Origin: Octopus sinensis
Lineage: Eukaryota
Direction of reading: 5' to 3'
NCBI RefSeq assembly: GCF_006345805.1
Contig: NC_043002.1
Span: forward strand, 6,634,001-6,698,000
Length of the DNA: 64,000 bases
The notes beneath the pieces are model-generated. The model was given only the letters and a program-made list of their open reading frames with translations. It had not been told where the DNA came from and searched no databases. The position numbers were made by a program, and so were the translations under genes. Positions 12,777 to 27,286 of the stretch are shown here, piece after piece; position 1 is the first letter of the stretch; the number at the start of each line of letters is the position of its first letter.

Positions 12777-13915
12777 GAAACCCTTCCCCGTTTAAATTTT
12801 TTTGTTTTTTAACGAAATCCCACGTCTTAGGCTATGGAGATTCCGATTCTGAAAATTTTTTTTCAAAAATCGCAACATCAAAATTTCAATCTCCCCTCCC
12901 CCATCTCTTCATTTTTTCACTTTTTCCGGAAATTGTTTTTTCTATCTTTTTTGCGAAATGCGTACAAAAATAGGGAGATTATGATTCTGAAAAAAAATTG
13001 TTTGTAAATTCCAATTTTTCAAAAGCAAAAAAAAAAAAAATTACCCCTCCCCTTCCGATTCTACGGCCTTGACTTTCAAGCAGGCTATTCCCATGCTAGA
13101 AATAACAGCCAAATCTCACAAAACTGCGATAACATAATGAAAGAAATATGTAATCTATCTCCTCACCTTTCTGCAAAGGTTTCTCTCAGAGTAATTTCCC
13201 GCAGTAATATAACAAAGTGAAATTAAAATGTTCATTTGAGGAAATATTGAAGCATCTTGATCCAAGGAAAATACTGGATTTTCTGAAAACAAACGGCATT
13301 ATTGCCACAAGTAAAACGTGTGTTTGCACACACGATATGAAGGAACACTTTCATTTCACTTTATCACAGTAATTCTTTCCTATTTGTACTTTTCTTCTTT
13401 CAAAAGAGTTTACTGTTATTTCTGCACTCATATTTTTTTGTAACTTTCAAAAAGATAAAAATTAACACTTTAATTTCACTTTGTCATATTTCTGCGGGAA
13501 AATACTCTGCAAAGAAATCCTTGCAGAAAGGTGAGTAGAATGTTTACATATTTCTTTCATTATGCTATCACAGTTTTGTGAGATTTGGATGTTATTTCTA
13601 GCATGTGAATAGCCTGCTTGAAGGCCAAACCTGTAGAATCGGGAGGAGAGGGTGTTGGAGTAATTTTTCTTTTTTCTTGAAAAATTGAAATTTTATAAAC
13701 AATTTTTTTTTCAGAATCATAATCTCCGTATTTTTGTAAGTTTTTCACAAAAAAAAAACAAACAATTTCCGGAAAAAGGGAAAAATGAAGAAATTGGGGA
13801 GGGGGATTGAAATTTTGAAGTTGCGATTTTTGAAAAGAAATTTTCAAAATCGGAATCTCCATATCTAAGACTGGGGATTCTGTAAAAAAAAATTAAAGGG
13901 TGAAGGGGAGGGTTC
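12777..13915. mobile_element. Foldback/non-autonomous DNA element with about 450-bp inverted arms
   Basis: About 12777-13232 is the reverse complement of about 13461-13915, diverged with scattered mismatches and indels; no TSD resolved. Confidence 0.75.
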
Positions 13916-15454
13916 TGTTGAGAGATATCATGACATAACCAGGGAGACGAGGAGATTGTGAAACAGAAGTATGAAAAATGTTCTTGAGCTAATTATTCCT
14001 CTCGGTACAACGCTTGAAAAGATTACTTGTAGTGTTAAAGTATATTGAAACCGAGACACGCATTGTCAACATGCCGAAGAATGTCATACTGCGTTCTTGA
14101 AGAAACCTAAAAAAATATATTGAAATTTGAGGAAAGTTGTTAATGCTAATCTTCAGGGTATCTTCTCTACTAATTATATTAGCATGTAATAGCTTTTGAA
14201 GAAGAATAGTTTTCATGCTTTTGTAGTTGAATTAGTGTCTTTGACTGATGTCTGTCACACTATATGACTGGAGCTTTATCAACTTCTTAGTACGAAATGC
14301 AAAGTCAAATTAATTACAAGTTAAACACGTAGATAAGCAAATCTATATATTTCGATGCATTTTGTCCTACGCTTTACCGTTTATATCTCAATAATGACGG
14401 AGATAATAAATTGCGATGAGGGTGTGGTATTATAGTTGATTTGGATTGACTCAATTATATCTACGTGGTCCATCTAATCTGGAGCGGTTTAAATCAATGA
14501 CGACTCCAACGGACATTGTTATTATAATTTGGCCCCCGTTAATCGCTCATAGAACACACTTAGATTAAATAAGTGACATTTTAGTCTCAGATGTAATGAA
14601 TTGAAGACTATACTGTCCAATGTCTCTTCCTTTCATTACACTAAAGGGAGTGATGTGAGGAGGAAGCCACTGTCTTTAGAAAGTCACTAGAGAGACCTCA
14701 GAGAACTTCTACTCGTCCAGAGCGGACACAATAAAATAGTTGATAAGGAAACTCAATGGTTGTTTGATTGGCTGCTGAAAGAACCTTCCGCTCCCTAAAA
14801 CCACGCCCATTACAATATTAAAAAAGGAAAACATATTGCATAATGTTGTCCTAGATATGCTATGCCAACACAAAGGTGGGATTGTTTTAGCTTGAAATCT
14901 TTTAAATCATGAGTCTGCTCAAACAAGACTGACTTGAAATTAAACAACAACAACAACAACAACAACAAAACAGAAAATTCTATAAGTTATTACATCCACA
15001 AATCTACACTTCGTGCCTAATGTTTTATGGTGAACATTATTATATTTGGCAGAAATAATTCCCATAAAGAAACATAGAATATTCCTATAAAGAATTCCAG
15101 AAAATTGATATCTGCTCCGATATTAGATTTAGAGTGTTCTAGACTAATACAAAACAGAAAAAGAACAACAAGTTTGACACCAGTAAATATTTAGCTGTAA
15201 CATTCTTTTTAGTATCGAAAAAACTTTCATTTTATCGAAGACAAACAACTAGAAGCAAATTACAAAAAAAAAAAACAGAACAAAATAAACAAGGAAAAGG
15301 AACATGTCCATATTATAGAGATCGGCTTGATTTGGAACTGGTGATATACCAAGGGAAAGTATTCGCTGTCTGAGACAGTATTCAGAAGCTGGTAGTTCGA
15401 GGAGACATCAACATTTTCATTTTCCAATAGTTAAAATTCTAGTGTGTAATTAGA

Positions 15455-15865
15455 TGTAGTTATAGTTGTTGTTGTTGCTGTTGTTGAATGGCGATGGTGT
15501 TGTTGAGTGGTGGAGATGAGGAAGTGTGTGAGTAGTAGGTTGGCGCGAACGATGGGTGCAGATGCGTGGAGATAATGATGATGACGATGATTATGATGAT
15601 GAATGAGGATGATGGGAATGACAAGAATGATGATGATGATGATGATGATGATGATAACAACAACAACAATAACAACAACAACAACAACAACAACAATAAT
15701 AATATAATAATAATATAATAATAATAATGATAATAATAACAATAACAATAATAATAATAACAATAATAATAATAAAACTAAGACTACTGAATAATAATAG
15801 TAATTAAAATAATAATAATAATAAGAAGAAGAAGAAGAAGAAGAATGATAATAATAATAATAATA

Positions 15866-15930
<65 letters not shown>

Positions 15931-15960
15931 TAATAATAACAATAATAATAATCGTCATCA
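15455..15960. repeat. Compound triplet arrays (GTT/GAT/AAC/AAT/AAG)n
   Basis: Directly visible. Confidence 0.9.
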
Positions 15961-16480
15961 TTGTCTCTTGAGCAACAAGAACTACAAAAGTAACATCAGC
16001 AGCGGCAACAACATCAGAAGAAAAAGAGGGAAAAAGCGAAATCCATCTCAGCATTGGGTGTGTAGGTTTTGTAGCAGGCAGACATATTTAGACACTGTCC
16101 ACGCTTGGAAGAATCCCATTTGAATACTTGTAAATAATTTCTAGCATTCTTCTATCATTCAGTAACTTTATTTTTTGTTGGGTATTTTTTAGCTTATTTT
16201 TGTTCTGTTGTCTTTGTTTATTTATTATTGTTTCTTTTACAGTTTTATGCTTCAGGCTCGTATATACATACATATGTATATATATATATATATATATTGT
16301 TGTTTTGTCGCCATCTCTGTTTTGCTAATATTGTTGTGGTTGTGTGTTGGTGTTGTTGTTCTTCCTATTTCAGTTGATTTCTCTATTATTTTCTTTTCTT
16401 TTTGTTCATTCCTTTTCTTCCCTTCTCGATCTTTGTCTCCTCTTTCTCTTCATATATATATATGTGTGTGTGTATATGTT

Positions 16481-16514
<34 letters not shown>

Positions 16515-16801
16515 AACATATATATTTATATGTATATATATATATATGTATATATATATGCATATATATACATATACATGCGTACACATATATATGTATA
16601 TATTTATATATGTATGTATATATGTATATATACATGTTATATGTACATACAACATACAGATATATATATATATATGTGTGGGTGTGTGTGTGTGTGTGTA
16701 TATGTATATATATATACACATTAACTTTTATGGAGGGACTTATTTTGCAAATGCATTGCAACTGTCTATCTCACTTTTTACACCGAGACGATAATAATAA
16801 C

Positions 16802-16841
<40 letters not shown>

Positions 16842-16852
16842 TAATAATAATA

Positions 16853-16892
<40 letters not shown>

Positions 16893-17573
16893 GAATCTAT
16901 AGTTAGTACATTATTTGAGAGGCGAGATGGATAGATGAATATATATCTGGATGGAAGAATGAAGCAATGTATATATGGCTCAGTAAATAAAAAGAAATGT
17001 CGAAAAAATAGAAAGAAATTGAATGAAGGGTGAAAAAGTAAAAACAATAAAGCATCAAAACGTAGAACGAGAGAAGCCATATTTCTTCAGTGTTTTCTCA
17101 AAGTTATTGTTGTTATTTTCTATACTTTTTTTAAAACTTTTTGTTATTCCTTATTGAATCTAATTTATCACATCACATCGCAGAAGAACGAGTAAATCCA
17201 TGAATAATATATGACACTTTTGAAGGCAAATAAATAAACGTTAAGATAAAAATGTGTGACGTACGAAGGAATTCGTTGCTTGAAGTTATCCACTTCAGTT
17301 ATAACTATGCTGTGATCCAAGTTTATTCAATATCAATGCAGAAAGATAATAAATACCAGTAATAAGTTGGGTTTGTTCTCGCTGACACACTTATTCGAAA
17401 GGAGGGCATAGCATCCGTCTTAAAAGTTTAAACGAAAAATATTTTAAAATGTCCTCTTTTGCTACATCTCTTTACATTTTGAAATCAAATTCAGCCATGT
17501 TTAACTGTTTCTCCTCTTTTCGAAAGTTGGTATTTCCTTCGAGCAACCAAGTTAAATAGCTTTTAGGAATTTT

Positions 17574-17781
17574 ATTTCTTTATTGCACACAGGGGGATAA
17601 ACATAGACGGGACAAACACGGACAGACGAAGGGATTAAGTCGATTACATCGACCCCGGTGCGTAACTGGTACTTATTTAATCGATCCCGAAAGGATGAAA
17701 GGCAAAGTTTACCTTGGCGTAATTTGAACTCAGAACGTAACGGCAGACGAAATACCGCTAACGATTCTGCCAGCTCGCCGC
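17574..17781 (-). mobile_element. SINE family A
   Basis: Reverse-complement match. Confidence 0.85.
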
Positions 17782-18373
17782 TCTTAGTCATTAAATTAGC
17801 TCTGTTACTTTCTGATTTGAAATACTGCTTGGCTCAATATTTTTCTTATTTATCTTTAAGTGCCTATGCCCTTTAGAGGGTCTCTAAGACGGATAGGAAG
17901 GAAGGAAGAATTTATCCTCCACTGGAGGCCTGGCCGGAATGATTGGAGCTGAGTGAATTCGGCTAAAGTCACTCAATGTGCCAGGTGGTGGTGTAAAATG
18001 GAATAAGTTCACCACACATTGGTGCATATACATACAAAAAGAGTGAGAAACCGAAATGTATATATGCATGTTCGTGGGCGTGTATGTATACTCACACACA
18101 AAGACACACACACACACATATGACCATGGCCTTATATTTTAGCACATTTAAACGCTCGACAATTATACGATGTTACTTCTGATTATTGTTTCCTCTCAGC
18201 CGCTCACATATTACAAACATGAAATACTTTTTCAGGCATTTCTTGTAGCGTCGATTTATTCTCACTCTTCATATACAATGGCTTTGTGAATTTAAAAGGA
18301 TGAGTATGTACAAGTGGCTAATGTGAACGTTAGCTGTAAGATTCCGTTATCGTATATATATAGCATATGTTAA

Positions 18374-18604
18374 GGCGGCGAGCTGGCAGAAACGTTAGCA
18401 CGCCGGGCGAAGTGCTTCGCGGTATTTCGCCCGTCGCTACATTCTGAGTTCAAATTCCGCCGAGATCGACTTTGCCTTTCATCCTTTCAGGGTCGATAAA
18501 TTAAGTACCAGTTACGCACTGGGGTCGATGTAATCGACTTAATCCGTTTGTCTGTCCTTGTTTGTCCCCTCTATGTTTAGCCCCTTGTGGGTAATAAAGA
18601 AACA
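18374..18604 (+). mobile_element. SINE family A with 18-bp TSD
   Basis: TATATATATAGCATATGT at 18353-18370 and 18605-18622. Confidence 0.92.
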
Positions 18605-18994
18605 TATATATATAGCATATGTAATGCAAGTCATCTCATCTTAGCGCTGGAACAATCCATCGACCACCATAAGGTAACGAAAGAGTGGTTAGAATTTTCA
18701 GAATTGCCGCTGATATCAGAATAAATTTTTTTCGCTTTCGTATGTATTTAGAGCCCAAACGTCTAAGGCACTGACATTTTAATGCAATAGCTGACTCAAT
18801 GAAATACCGACTAGCTACGATCGTTTGATTCCCTGTCTACTGAGCAATAAAGAAAAACACATCTACAACAGTTGATTCCCATATTCGAATGTACCTTTGG
18901 GATGACTTTCAACTCATATTCATTATATAAAGGACGGATCTGTTTTTATATTTTTTCTCCGAAAGATATTCATCAGAAGCTTTCATTTCCATAC

Positions 18995-19053
18995 TTTATT
19001 CTGCATGGTAACAGAGCCACTGATATCTTATAGCTATTTACGGCAAAGTAAAG
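18995..19053 (-). CDS. Candidate internal exon (LYFAVNSYKISVALLPCRI)
   Basis: 59 bp, acceptor CTTTTCTTTCAG, donor GTATGG, single open frame. Confidence 0.35.
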
Positions 19054-19744
19054 CTGAAAGAAAAGCAGTTGACTGGGACACAGTGCTTGTAATACAAAAA
19101 CCGTAAACTTTTCAGGGTTAACGTCGAAATCCTATCGGCTCGAAGAGTTGCGAATCTAAAAAAAACACATACTTAGAAAATTTCTTTAAAACGCCTTCAA
19201 AATACACCAGCTTGTTTGGTATTAAATATAAAGAAAATAAAGAAAATATAGGTAGGGAACATGGTATCAGAAAATTTTCGTTAGATAAATTGTCACTATG
19301 TCAACCATGATGAAATCAATTGAACGATATTAAAGAAGTGACATCGGCTTCATTGTGTTGTGTAAAGGTTTCCACTTAATTCAGTAGATTGACTTTGGCT
19401 TTCATCCTTTGTGGAGAAATGCAGGTCAACGGCATTGCTAAGAATGGGAATGTTTATACTTTATATCCACAGCGGTACAGCAGTACTATTGAAGTTCCAT
19501 CAAGTTCATTTGTACTTTAGATATTATAACATCTCCCCATGTATATGATGCAATATGTATGTATATATATGTATGTACATAAGTATGTATGTATGTATGT
19601 ATAGATAGATAGATAAAGAGAGAGAGAGAGAAAGAGAGAGAGAGATACATTTACGTAAATATATGAATACGAATATGCGTGTATATACAAATATAAATGC
19701 ATACGAGTATGTATATATACGTATATATATATACATACATATAT

Positions 19745-19787
<43 letters not shown>

Positions 19788-19894
19788 TCATTAGAGATGT
19801 CATTACTGGTCTGTTTTGGTTCATTGAATTTTCCATGTTAACGGTAAACAGAATAATTCATTCACCCATTATATTATATATATATATATATATT

Positions 19895-19958
<64 letters not shown>

Positions 19959-20782
19959 ATATATATATACTCGGATGCATTTATATTGTATATATATGCA
20001 TATATTTATATATTATATATATTCATATATTTATGCATATGCATATATCTGCCTATCTATCTACATATATATTTATATATATATATTAATAAATTCCAGG
20101 GAAGTAAAAAGAATTAGAAAAAATTATTTTTAATTTTCTGAATTATTTTGCTACCCTGGAATTGATTAATAATGATATAATGATCTTTCGTTAATTTTGG
20201 ATGAAAATCGGCATTTTTTGTATTTGCTGCTGATAAACAAAAACCGCTCTTGCGCGGTGGATTTTGAAAAATTATAACATGTAAACACGAGGCATGTTCT
20301 ATATCGCCTCGTCTTTATATGTTAATCTTAGTTTTCCTGCTGAGAGCTTCGCCCAGTAAATTATTTTATTTGCTGAAGATTGCTTGAAACCATGGTGCAG
20401 GAAATAGAGGATAAATATTTTTATTTTTCATTCCCTTTCGAAATTACCCGTAATAGTGGTTTGGAGTTTAACTACTCCTTCTAGCAGGTCAGGTGTCCTG
20501 TTAAGGACATCTCTTATGTGTTTAAAAGTACACTGCATTTACATACATACATACAGGCATACATGCATACATACATATATATATATATGCATAAGATGTA
20601 GGTGGAAATAGCACAGAAGTAAGTCTAAGACATTTCAATTTAAGAGGGAATTTAATAAAAAAATTATATACATAAAAATATTACCGGTTTCGGTGTATTT
20701 CATCTTCTAAATAACCAATAAAGATTCGTAAAAATTTGAAAAATTTGAGGTAAAAATATATATATTGTGTGTCTTTATGTAT

Positions 20783-20893
20783 GACAACCAGTGTTGGTGT
20801 GTTTAAGAACCCGTAGTTAGGCTGTTTGGCGTAAGGACCGAAAGAACATGTAACTCGCTTAAATAATAATAATAATAATAATAGTAATAGTAA

Positions 20894-20943
<50 letters not shown>

Positions 20944-21043
20944 ATGATAAGAAGAAGAAGAAGAAGAAGAAGTACTGGGGTTTGTTAATTTGCTAAAAAT
21001 TCCTTGACGTGGAGCAACACCATGAGTATCGTTGAATGACTGA

Positions 21044-21048
<5 letters not shown>
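20783..21048 (+). mobile_element. Diverged SINE family B 3' half with expanded (AAT)n/(ACT)n/(AAG)n
   Basis: GACAACC..TGTTGGTGTGTTTA... and ...AATGACTGAAACAA. Confidence 0.65.
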
Positions 21049-21095
<47 letters not shown>

Positions 21096-21124
21096 TATAT
21101 ACTATATATAAAATTTATAGTATT

Positions 21125-21157
<33 letters not shown>

Positions 21158-21869
21158 GTATTTATGTTTATCGTCTAGAATAATCCAGTAATTTTTTACT
21201 AGTTTCATCTTATCTCTTTGTTTTCTCTCCGTGTTGACATATGGACAATTAAGGTGGTTTTAGAGTCAGATCATGGCTGCTATTTTCAGCATGGTGGTAT
21301 CTCGTAGATATTATTACCTTTGAAGGGTATTTTTTCCATGCTGACCACTTGATAAAATCGTTATTTTATTTTCAAATTAACGATCTTATCCTTATATATA
21401 TATATATATATATATACATACATGTATGTATGTGTGTATGTGTGTTCGTATATGTGTGAATGTGTATCCATACGGGAGGATAGATAGAGAGATAGATAGA
21501 TAGATAGACGGACGGATAGGCAGGAAAGGAGGCATGAGAGAGAGAAAGAGTAATACATCTATGTATACACGTGACTACGTGCTTATACAGAGTGGGTTGT
21601 ATCTACGTGAGCATAAATGTTTCGGATTAAAGAGCTACAAGCATATGAGTTCAATAATGGTTTGAGAAAGAGTATGCTTTATACAGAGCATATTGACGGG
21701 AGTGGTTTGTACTTGACGATCGTCACCACAAAAGATGAAACAAAATCGCTAAGTCGTCATTCTGTATGCGGCATTGATGAACGTATGCATACACACACAC
21801 ACACATGAGAATAAGAAATAGAAAATCCTTCATACAGTATTATATTTCTGATAATTTTTTCTTCTTTAA

Positions 21870-22190
21870 TCTATATATATAAAAGTGAGATTATGTGTGT
21901 ATGTATGTATGTATGTGTGCATGACTAAAACTCGAGAACTACCCTGCCGCTTTCATTCAAGTTTTACACATGCCTTACTTAGGGTCCATGCAGGGTCATG
22001 GTCCAAAACAATTTGGCAACCTCTTGCCTAATACGAGCCTGAGCAATCTCTTATCTCTTACACTATTTCAGGATTGCGTGTCAAAAGTGAAACAATAATA
22101 TCTCGATTGTAATATGAGCTAATACTTTCAGTTTTAACAGTTTCACTATGTATATCAGTTTCATTTCTATTAGCTTCACTATGTATTTAT
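21870..22190 (+). mobile_element. Probable non-autonomous Helitron 5' end
   Basis: A|TCTATATATATAAAA start followed by (TATG)n; right boundary approximate. Confidence 0.5.
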
Positions 22191-22274
22191 ATACGTTTGT
22201 GTGTGTGCGTGTGTGCGCTCATATATATATACATATATATATACCTATATATATATATATATAGGTATATATAT

Positions 22275-23058
22275 CTCGCGGCGTCCAACAACATCAGAGA
22301 CTTGGGAGTAATTGTGGACAACAACATAAGCTGGGCCACTCATATAAACACCAAAGTTGACATGGCCCGCAGAATGTGTTCCTGGATTCTCAGAACTTTC
22401 CAGTCGAGAGATATCCACACCATTATCCTTCTCTTCTCCACTTTTGCCCGACCCCACCTTGAATACTGTTGTCCACTGTGGTCTCCCCACACAATACAAG
22501 GTATCATAAAAGTTGAAGCACCTCAAAGGGCAATCACAAAAAAGATAGATGGCATGACAGGCCTCGACTATTGGGGTCGACTAGAAAAGCTAAAACTCTA
22601 TTCTCTCCAACGTCGTCGTGAGCGCTACATCATCTGCATGATGTGGAAAATATTCCATCAGCATTGCCCAAATGATGTTGGCATCACCTTTAAGGTACAT
22701 CCAAGGCTTGGGCCCCGTGCCATCCGCCCAAAACAAAAATCGCACTCTCATCTCATAACAACAATACGGCACAATTATTTCACCTCAATTGGCCCCGCTC
22801 TCTTTAACACTACACCAAAACACATTAAAACAGAAACTGACCCTATAGGGTTCAAGAAGTCTTTGGACAGATTCCTTCAAGAAATCCCGGATAAACCCCC
22901 TACACCCGGATATGTCTCTGTAAACAATAACTCTCTACTTGAGTGGGCCATAGTGCCCAAATTCTGACTTGAAAGACTTCACCAGGTGGTGCTATTAAGT
23001 TAGACATGGCCTGGGCCAATAATGGCCGAAACCTATCAAAGTATCAAAGTATCAAAGT
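22275..23058 (+). mobile_element. 5'-truncated CR1-type LINE, ORF2 C-terminus uninterrupted (about 230 aa), octamer tail, 20-bp TSD
   Basis: RDLGVIVD..ISWATHI...RPHLEYCCPLWSP...YSLQRRRER; stop at 22967; (TATCAAAG)3 at 23034-23057; TSD 22255-22274 vs 23059-23078 with 1 mismatch. Confidence 0.92.
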
Positions 23059-23111
23059 ATATATATAGGTATGTATATATATATATATATAAATATATAT
23101 ATATGTGTATG

Positions 23112-23193
<82 letters not shown>

Positions 23194-23228
23194 GTATTTG
23201 TATGTATAACGAGGGGGCAGCCATAATG

Positions 23229-23261
<33 letters not shown>

Positions 23262-23264
<3 letters not shown>

Positions 23265-23745
23265 TCATCATCGCTTAACTTCTGTTTTCCATGCTGGCAT
23301 GGGTTGGACGTTTTGACTGAGGACTGGCAGAGTTTCTACAGCTGGATGCCCTTCCTAACGCCAAGCACTCCGAGAGTGTAGTGGGTGCTTTTACTTACCA
23401 CCGGCACGAGGACCAGTCAGGCCTTACTGGCAACGGCAACTATAAAATGGTGTTTTTTACGTGCCATCTGCACAGGAGCCAGTCCATCAGCACTGACAAC
23501 GACCACGCTCGAATATTTTTCACATACCACCAGCACAAGTGCCAGTAAAGCGACGCTGGTAACGATCACGCTCGAATGGTGCTTTTTACGTGCCACCGGC
23601 ACGGAAGCCAGTCAGCTGCTCTGGCAACGATCACGCTGGGATAGTGCTCTTAGCACTCCACTAGCACGGATGACAGCCATCGAATTTGATTTCGATTTCA
23701 TTTGCCTCAACAGGTCTTCGCAAGCAGAGTTCAGTGTCCAATGAA
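23262..23745 (-). mobile_element. SINE-like element (family D) with internal 61-67-bp tandem repeat
   Basis: Tail GGCGTTAGGAAGGGCATCCAGCTGTAGAAAC...ATGATG on minus; five diverged units starting near 23390, 23456, 23517, 23584, 23647. Confidence 0.65.
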
Positions 23746-23949
23746 CTTGAGTGAATAACAAAGAAACAAAATGATTATTGTTTCCGTAAATCTGATACAC
23801 TGTGATGTTATTTCCATGAAGCGAAGAAATCGGTGATTATGCTTTGTAGGTGTAAACTGCTACAGAAAAATATGAAAATGAAATTTGGCTAGCACAAGCA
23901 CAACTATTACCCAACTGGCAGCGTAAGATGAATGTCTTATAATACCTAT

Positions 23950-24178
23950 TTCTTTACTATTCACAAGGGGCTAAATACAGAGAGGACAAACAAGGACAGA
24001 CAAACGTATTAAGTCGATTATTTCGACAACCAGTGCGTAACTGGTACTTAATTTATCGACCCTGAAAGGATGAAAGGCAAAGTCGACCTCGGTAGAATTT
24101 GAACCCAGAACGTAACGGCAGACGAAATACCGCTAAGCATTTCGCCTTGCATGCTAACGTTTCTGCCAGCTCGCCACC
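23950..24178 (-). mobile_element. SINE family A with 13-bp TSD
   Basis: TTATAATACCTAT at 23937-23949 and 24179-24191. Confidence 0.92.
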
Positions 24179-24825
24179 TTATAATACCTATGAAGAAAAT
24201 GCAAAGTGATTCGTTAAATGTGAATGATTCAGTAGCCCCAGAGTAAATAAGATACGCGAAATAACCCTCCGTCTATTGATAACCTAAATCAGGACCGATG
24301 ACTATGAGGGTAGAATAGTGCACAAGGAGTGAGATGACAATTCAATTGAATAAATGTTATGTATTCGAAGAGCAGCGAAAGTAGAGTGAACTTGGTTCCT
24401 TCACTATGTATGTACTCCAGAGATAGCAAAGACTATCGTTCATTAATAACTTATTGTGAGTACTGATCGTTAGATCGATAACTGTTCACTGATTATCTGG
24501 TCGTCAAAACAAATTTTGCTTGTGCAGTAAAATAGATTGCAGGCCACATACTTAGTGTTTCACCACAAGCGTAACAGCATGTCTACTGTTTTTTTCAAAC
24601 TGAGATACATTGCTAGGAATTATGTCGCCTTTCGTAATATGTTTACAAAATTAAATATCAGAAAGTTCAACTTAACACAAAATAGTTGCTACACATTTCC
24701 AAATACAAATCTTTCTACATGGATCTTTCGCGAATTTCACCAAATGTACAATTCAAAAATTTCTTACAAACGCAATATATTTCGAAATATTCGTACAGTG
24801 TATTGTACAGTCTCTTGAAACAATT

Positions 24826-25086
24826 TTGGCCAGTTTCCCGGTTTCTTGGCGCATAGGTTCCTCACCTGGACGGGACACCGGTCCGTCGCAGGTGAGCTGC
24901 AAGATGCAGGAGGAAAAAATGAGAGAAAGTTGTGGCGAAAGAGTCAGCAGAAGTTTCGCCATTACCTTCTGCCGGAGCCGCGTGGAGCTTAGGTGTTTCG
25001 CTCATAAACACACACATCGTCCGGTCTGAGATTCGTACCCGCGATCCCTCGACCGCTGCTCTAACCACTAGGCCATGTGCCTCCAC
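24826..25086 (-). mobile_element. SINE family C tail variant 3
   Basis: Same GTGGAGGC..ATGGCC.AGTGGTTAG head and GAGCGAAACACCTAAGCTCCACG body as C1/C2, different 3' part. Confidence 0.75.
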
Positions 25087-25858
25087 TCTTGAAGCAATAT
25101 AAAGAATTGATTTAAAAATATTGCATGAAATAAGATAACAAGTAATATGAAGGCTCTTCCAAAAAATATGATTTCACATTGCAAATAATTTTGGTACAGT
25201 GGAAACTGAAATTAAGAAGCCGTAGCAGAAACCACAGAACAAAGTTGACAATGGTTAATGTTTTAAGTGAGGATGGTAATATCAGGTAATGGTTTTGCTC
25301 ACATGATGTGAACCTCAATATCGGAGACCTATCAAAATGAGAGTAGTAACGTGCATATGAGGAGGATGAAGGCCAAAACGGAACACATGAAACTGTGACA
25401 CACGAGGCGAAATTCTTAATAGAAGGTCTCAAAGCTATTTGTATAACATTCGAAGATAAAAAGTAGATGATAATGGAAGTAGAGGTGAATATGAAGCGAA
25501 CAACACAAGTCAGAAAACAAACTTAAAATACTTTCAGGTGATAAAAGATCATGCTCAAAGAGAAGAAAGGAAAAGTTTAGTTTATAACATTAAAAATAAT
25601 AAATAATTTTAAATTCTTTTTTCTTTTTCTTTTTTTTTTTTGCATATAGTGATGAAGGTCAATAAACACATGAGACCTTGTCCAACGCATTTATTTACTT
25701 CTTTGTATCTATCGATTTTCATATGCCTTTTTCCATAAAATATTCAAAATGAATAGATATTTAGTAATTTCAAAGTCTCAACATCAATCTGAATTTTTAC
25801 CCGTATTCGAATCACGAGTTAACCCTAATAATTCGGATGTTCCTACCTATGTATGTCC

Positions 25859-25941
<83 letters not shown>

Positions 25942-26147
25942 ATATATATATACATAATTTAGATGTAAATTTAATAGTATTCACTTCCGGACTCTCTCAC
26001 TCTATGAGAGTTTTCAGTCTGATCGCACTTGTCTCGAGGTGTGCTGGAGAATTTCTGTTTTGGATATATTTGGGGTACTTAAGTGTGGTCATGACTTAGT
26101 GTTTGCGTCTTCCCTGGGTATAGGTTAGTACTTCATTTATTTCTTAC

Positions 26148-26208
26148 CGTATTTATAGCAGACGAGAAGAAAATTCTTATGAAATCGAGGAAACCAAGCC
26201 AACAGAAT
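26148..26208 (-). CDS. Candidate internal exon (ILLAWFPRFHKNFLLVCYKY or FCWLGFLDFIRIFFSSAINT)
   Basis: 61 bp, acceptor ATTTTGTTTAG, donor GTAAGA, two open frames. Confidence 0.35.
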
Positions 26209-26499
26209 CTAAACAAAATGTTCGTTATTTCTAGAATGAATCAATTTCGGAATTAATCCTAATGGATTCTTCCCTCTTCAGTAGAAAATACGATAAGAAA
26301 TTTCAGCACGTGTATTTATAGTGAGTGAATAATGAAATGTGGAAATTGACGATTTAAGTCTGTTATCAGCATATTTGCATGGAAATAATTTTTCTTTTGC
26401 CCTTGTTTATAAGTTGTTTATAATTTTAACCTTTAAATATATTTTTATATGCTGCCACTTTTGATAAAAATTTTTCCGAACAAAATGTCATCTTATATT

Positions 26500-26740
26500 A
26501 ATAGTAGCATATATATATATATATATATATATTATATCTATATATACATACAACATACATGCTATACATATACACACACACATGTATATATAACACACAC
26601 ACGACCACACATACACATATACACAAAAAAATATATACATACACACACATACACATACACACATACACACACATATATCCACATACACACATGCACACAC
26701 AACACACAAGTCCCTATATACTCATATATACTTATACACA

Positions 26741-26799
<59 letters not shown>

Positions 26800-27219
26800 C
26801 ATACATATGTGTACCTATTCATACCTACACATACACACATATATACATACAAATACAAACCCATTCCCTAATTTTAATTTTATTATCTTCATTTATTACT
26901 ATTGTTATCTTTGACCGCTGGTCACAAGCATCTTGGCTACGACAACTAGTCCCTTTTATCTTTCTACTTGAGCACAAGCACTCACTCACGCACGCACACT
27001 CACTCATTCGTACACTCATACACATACACGCACGCGTTATATTCATACATACATACCTCTACATACATACACGTATATACACATACGTACGCGTACCTAC
27101 AGATTCATGTCTACAATCTTAGAAGACTAGTCTATACATATACACCAATAAATATATATACACACATACATATACACCTACATACAAATACATACATACA
27201 TATATATACACACACATAT

Positions 27220-27286
<67 letters not shown>

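Noticed and set aside
23390-23660. Possible CRISPR-like repeat array
   Set aside because: Eukaryotic context; units are contiguous diverged tandem repeats without unique spacers and there are no cas genes
26048-26074. Myosin switch-II-like RISVLDIFG on the plus strand
   Set aside because: Lacks the following FE and any flanking myosin similarity; likely chance
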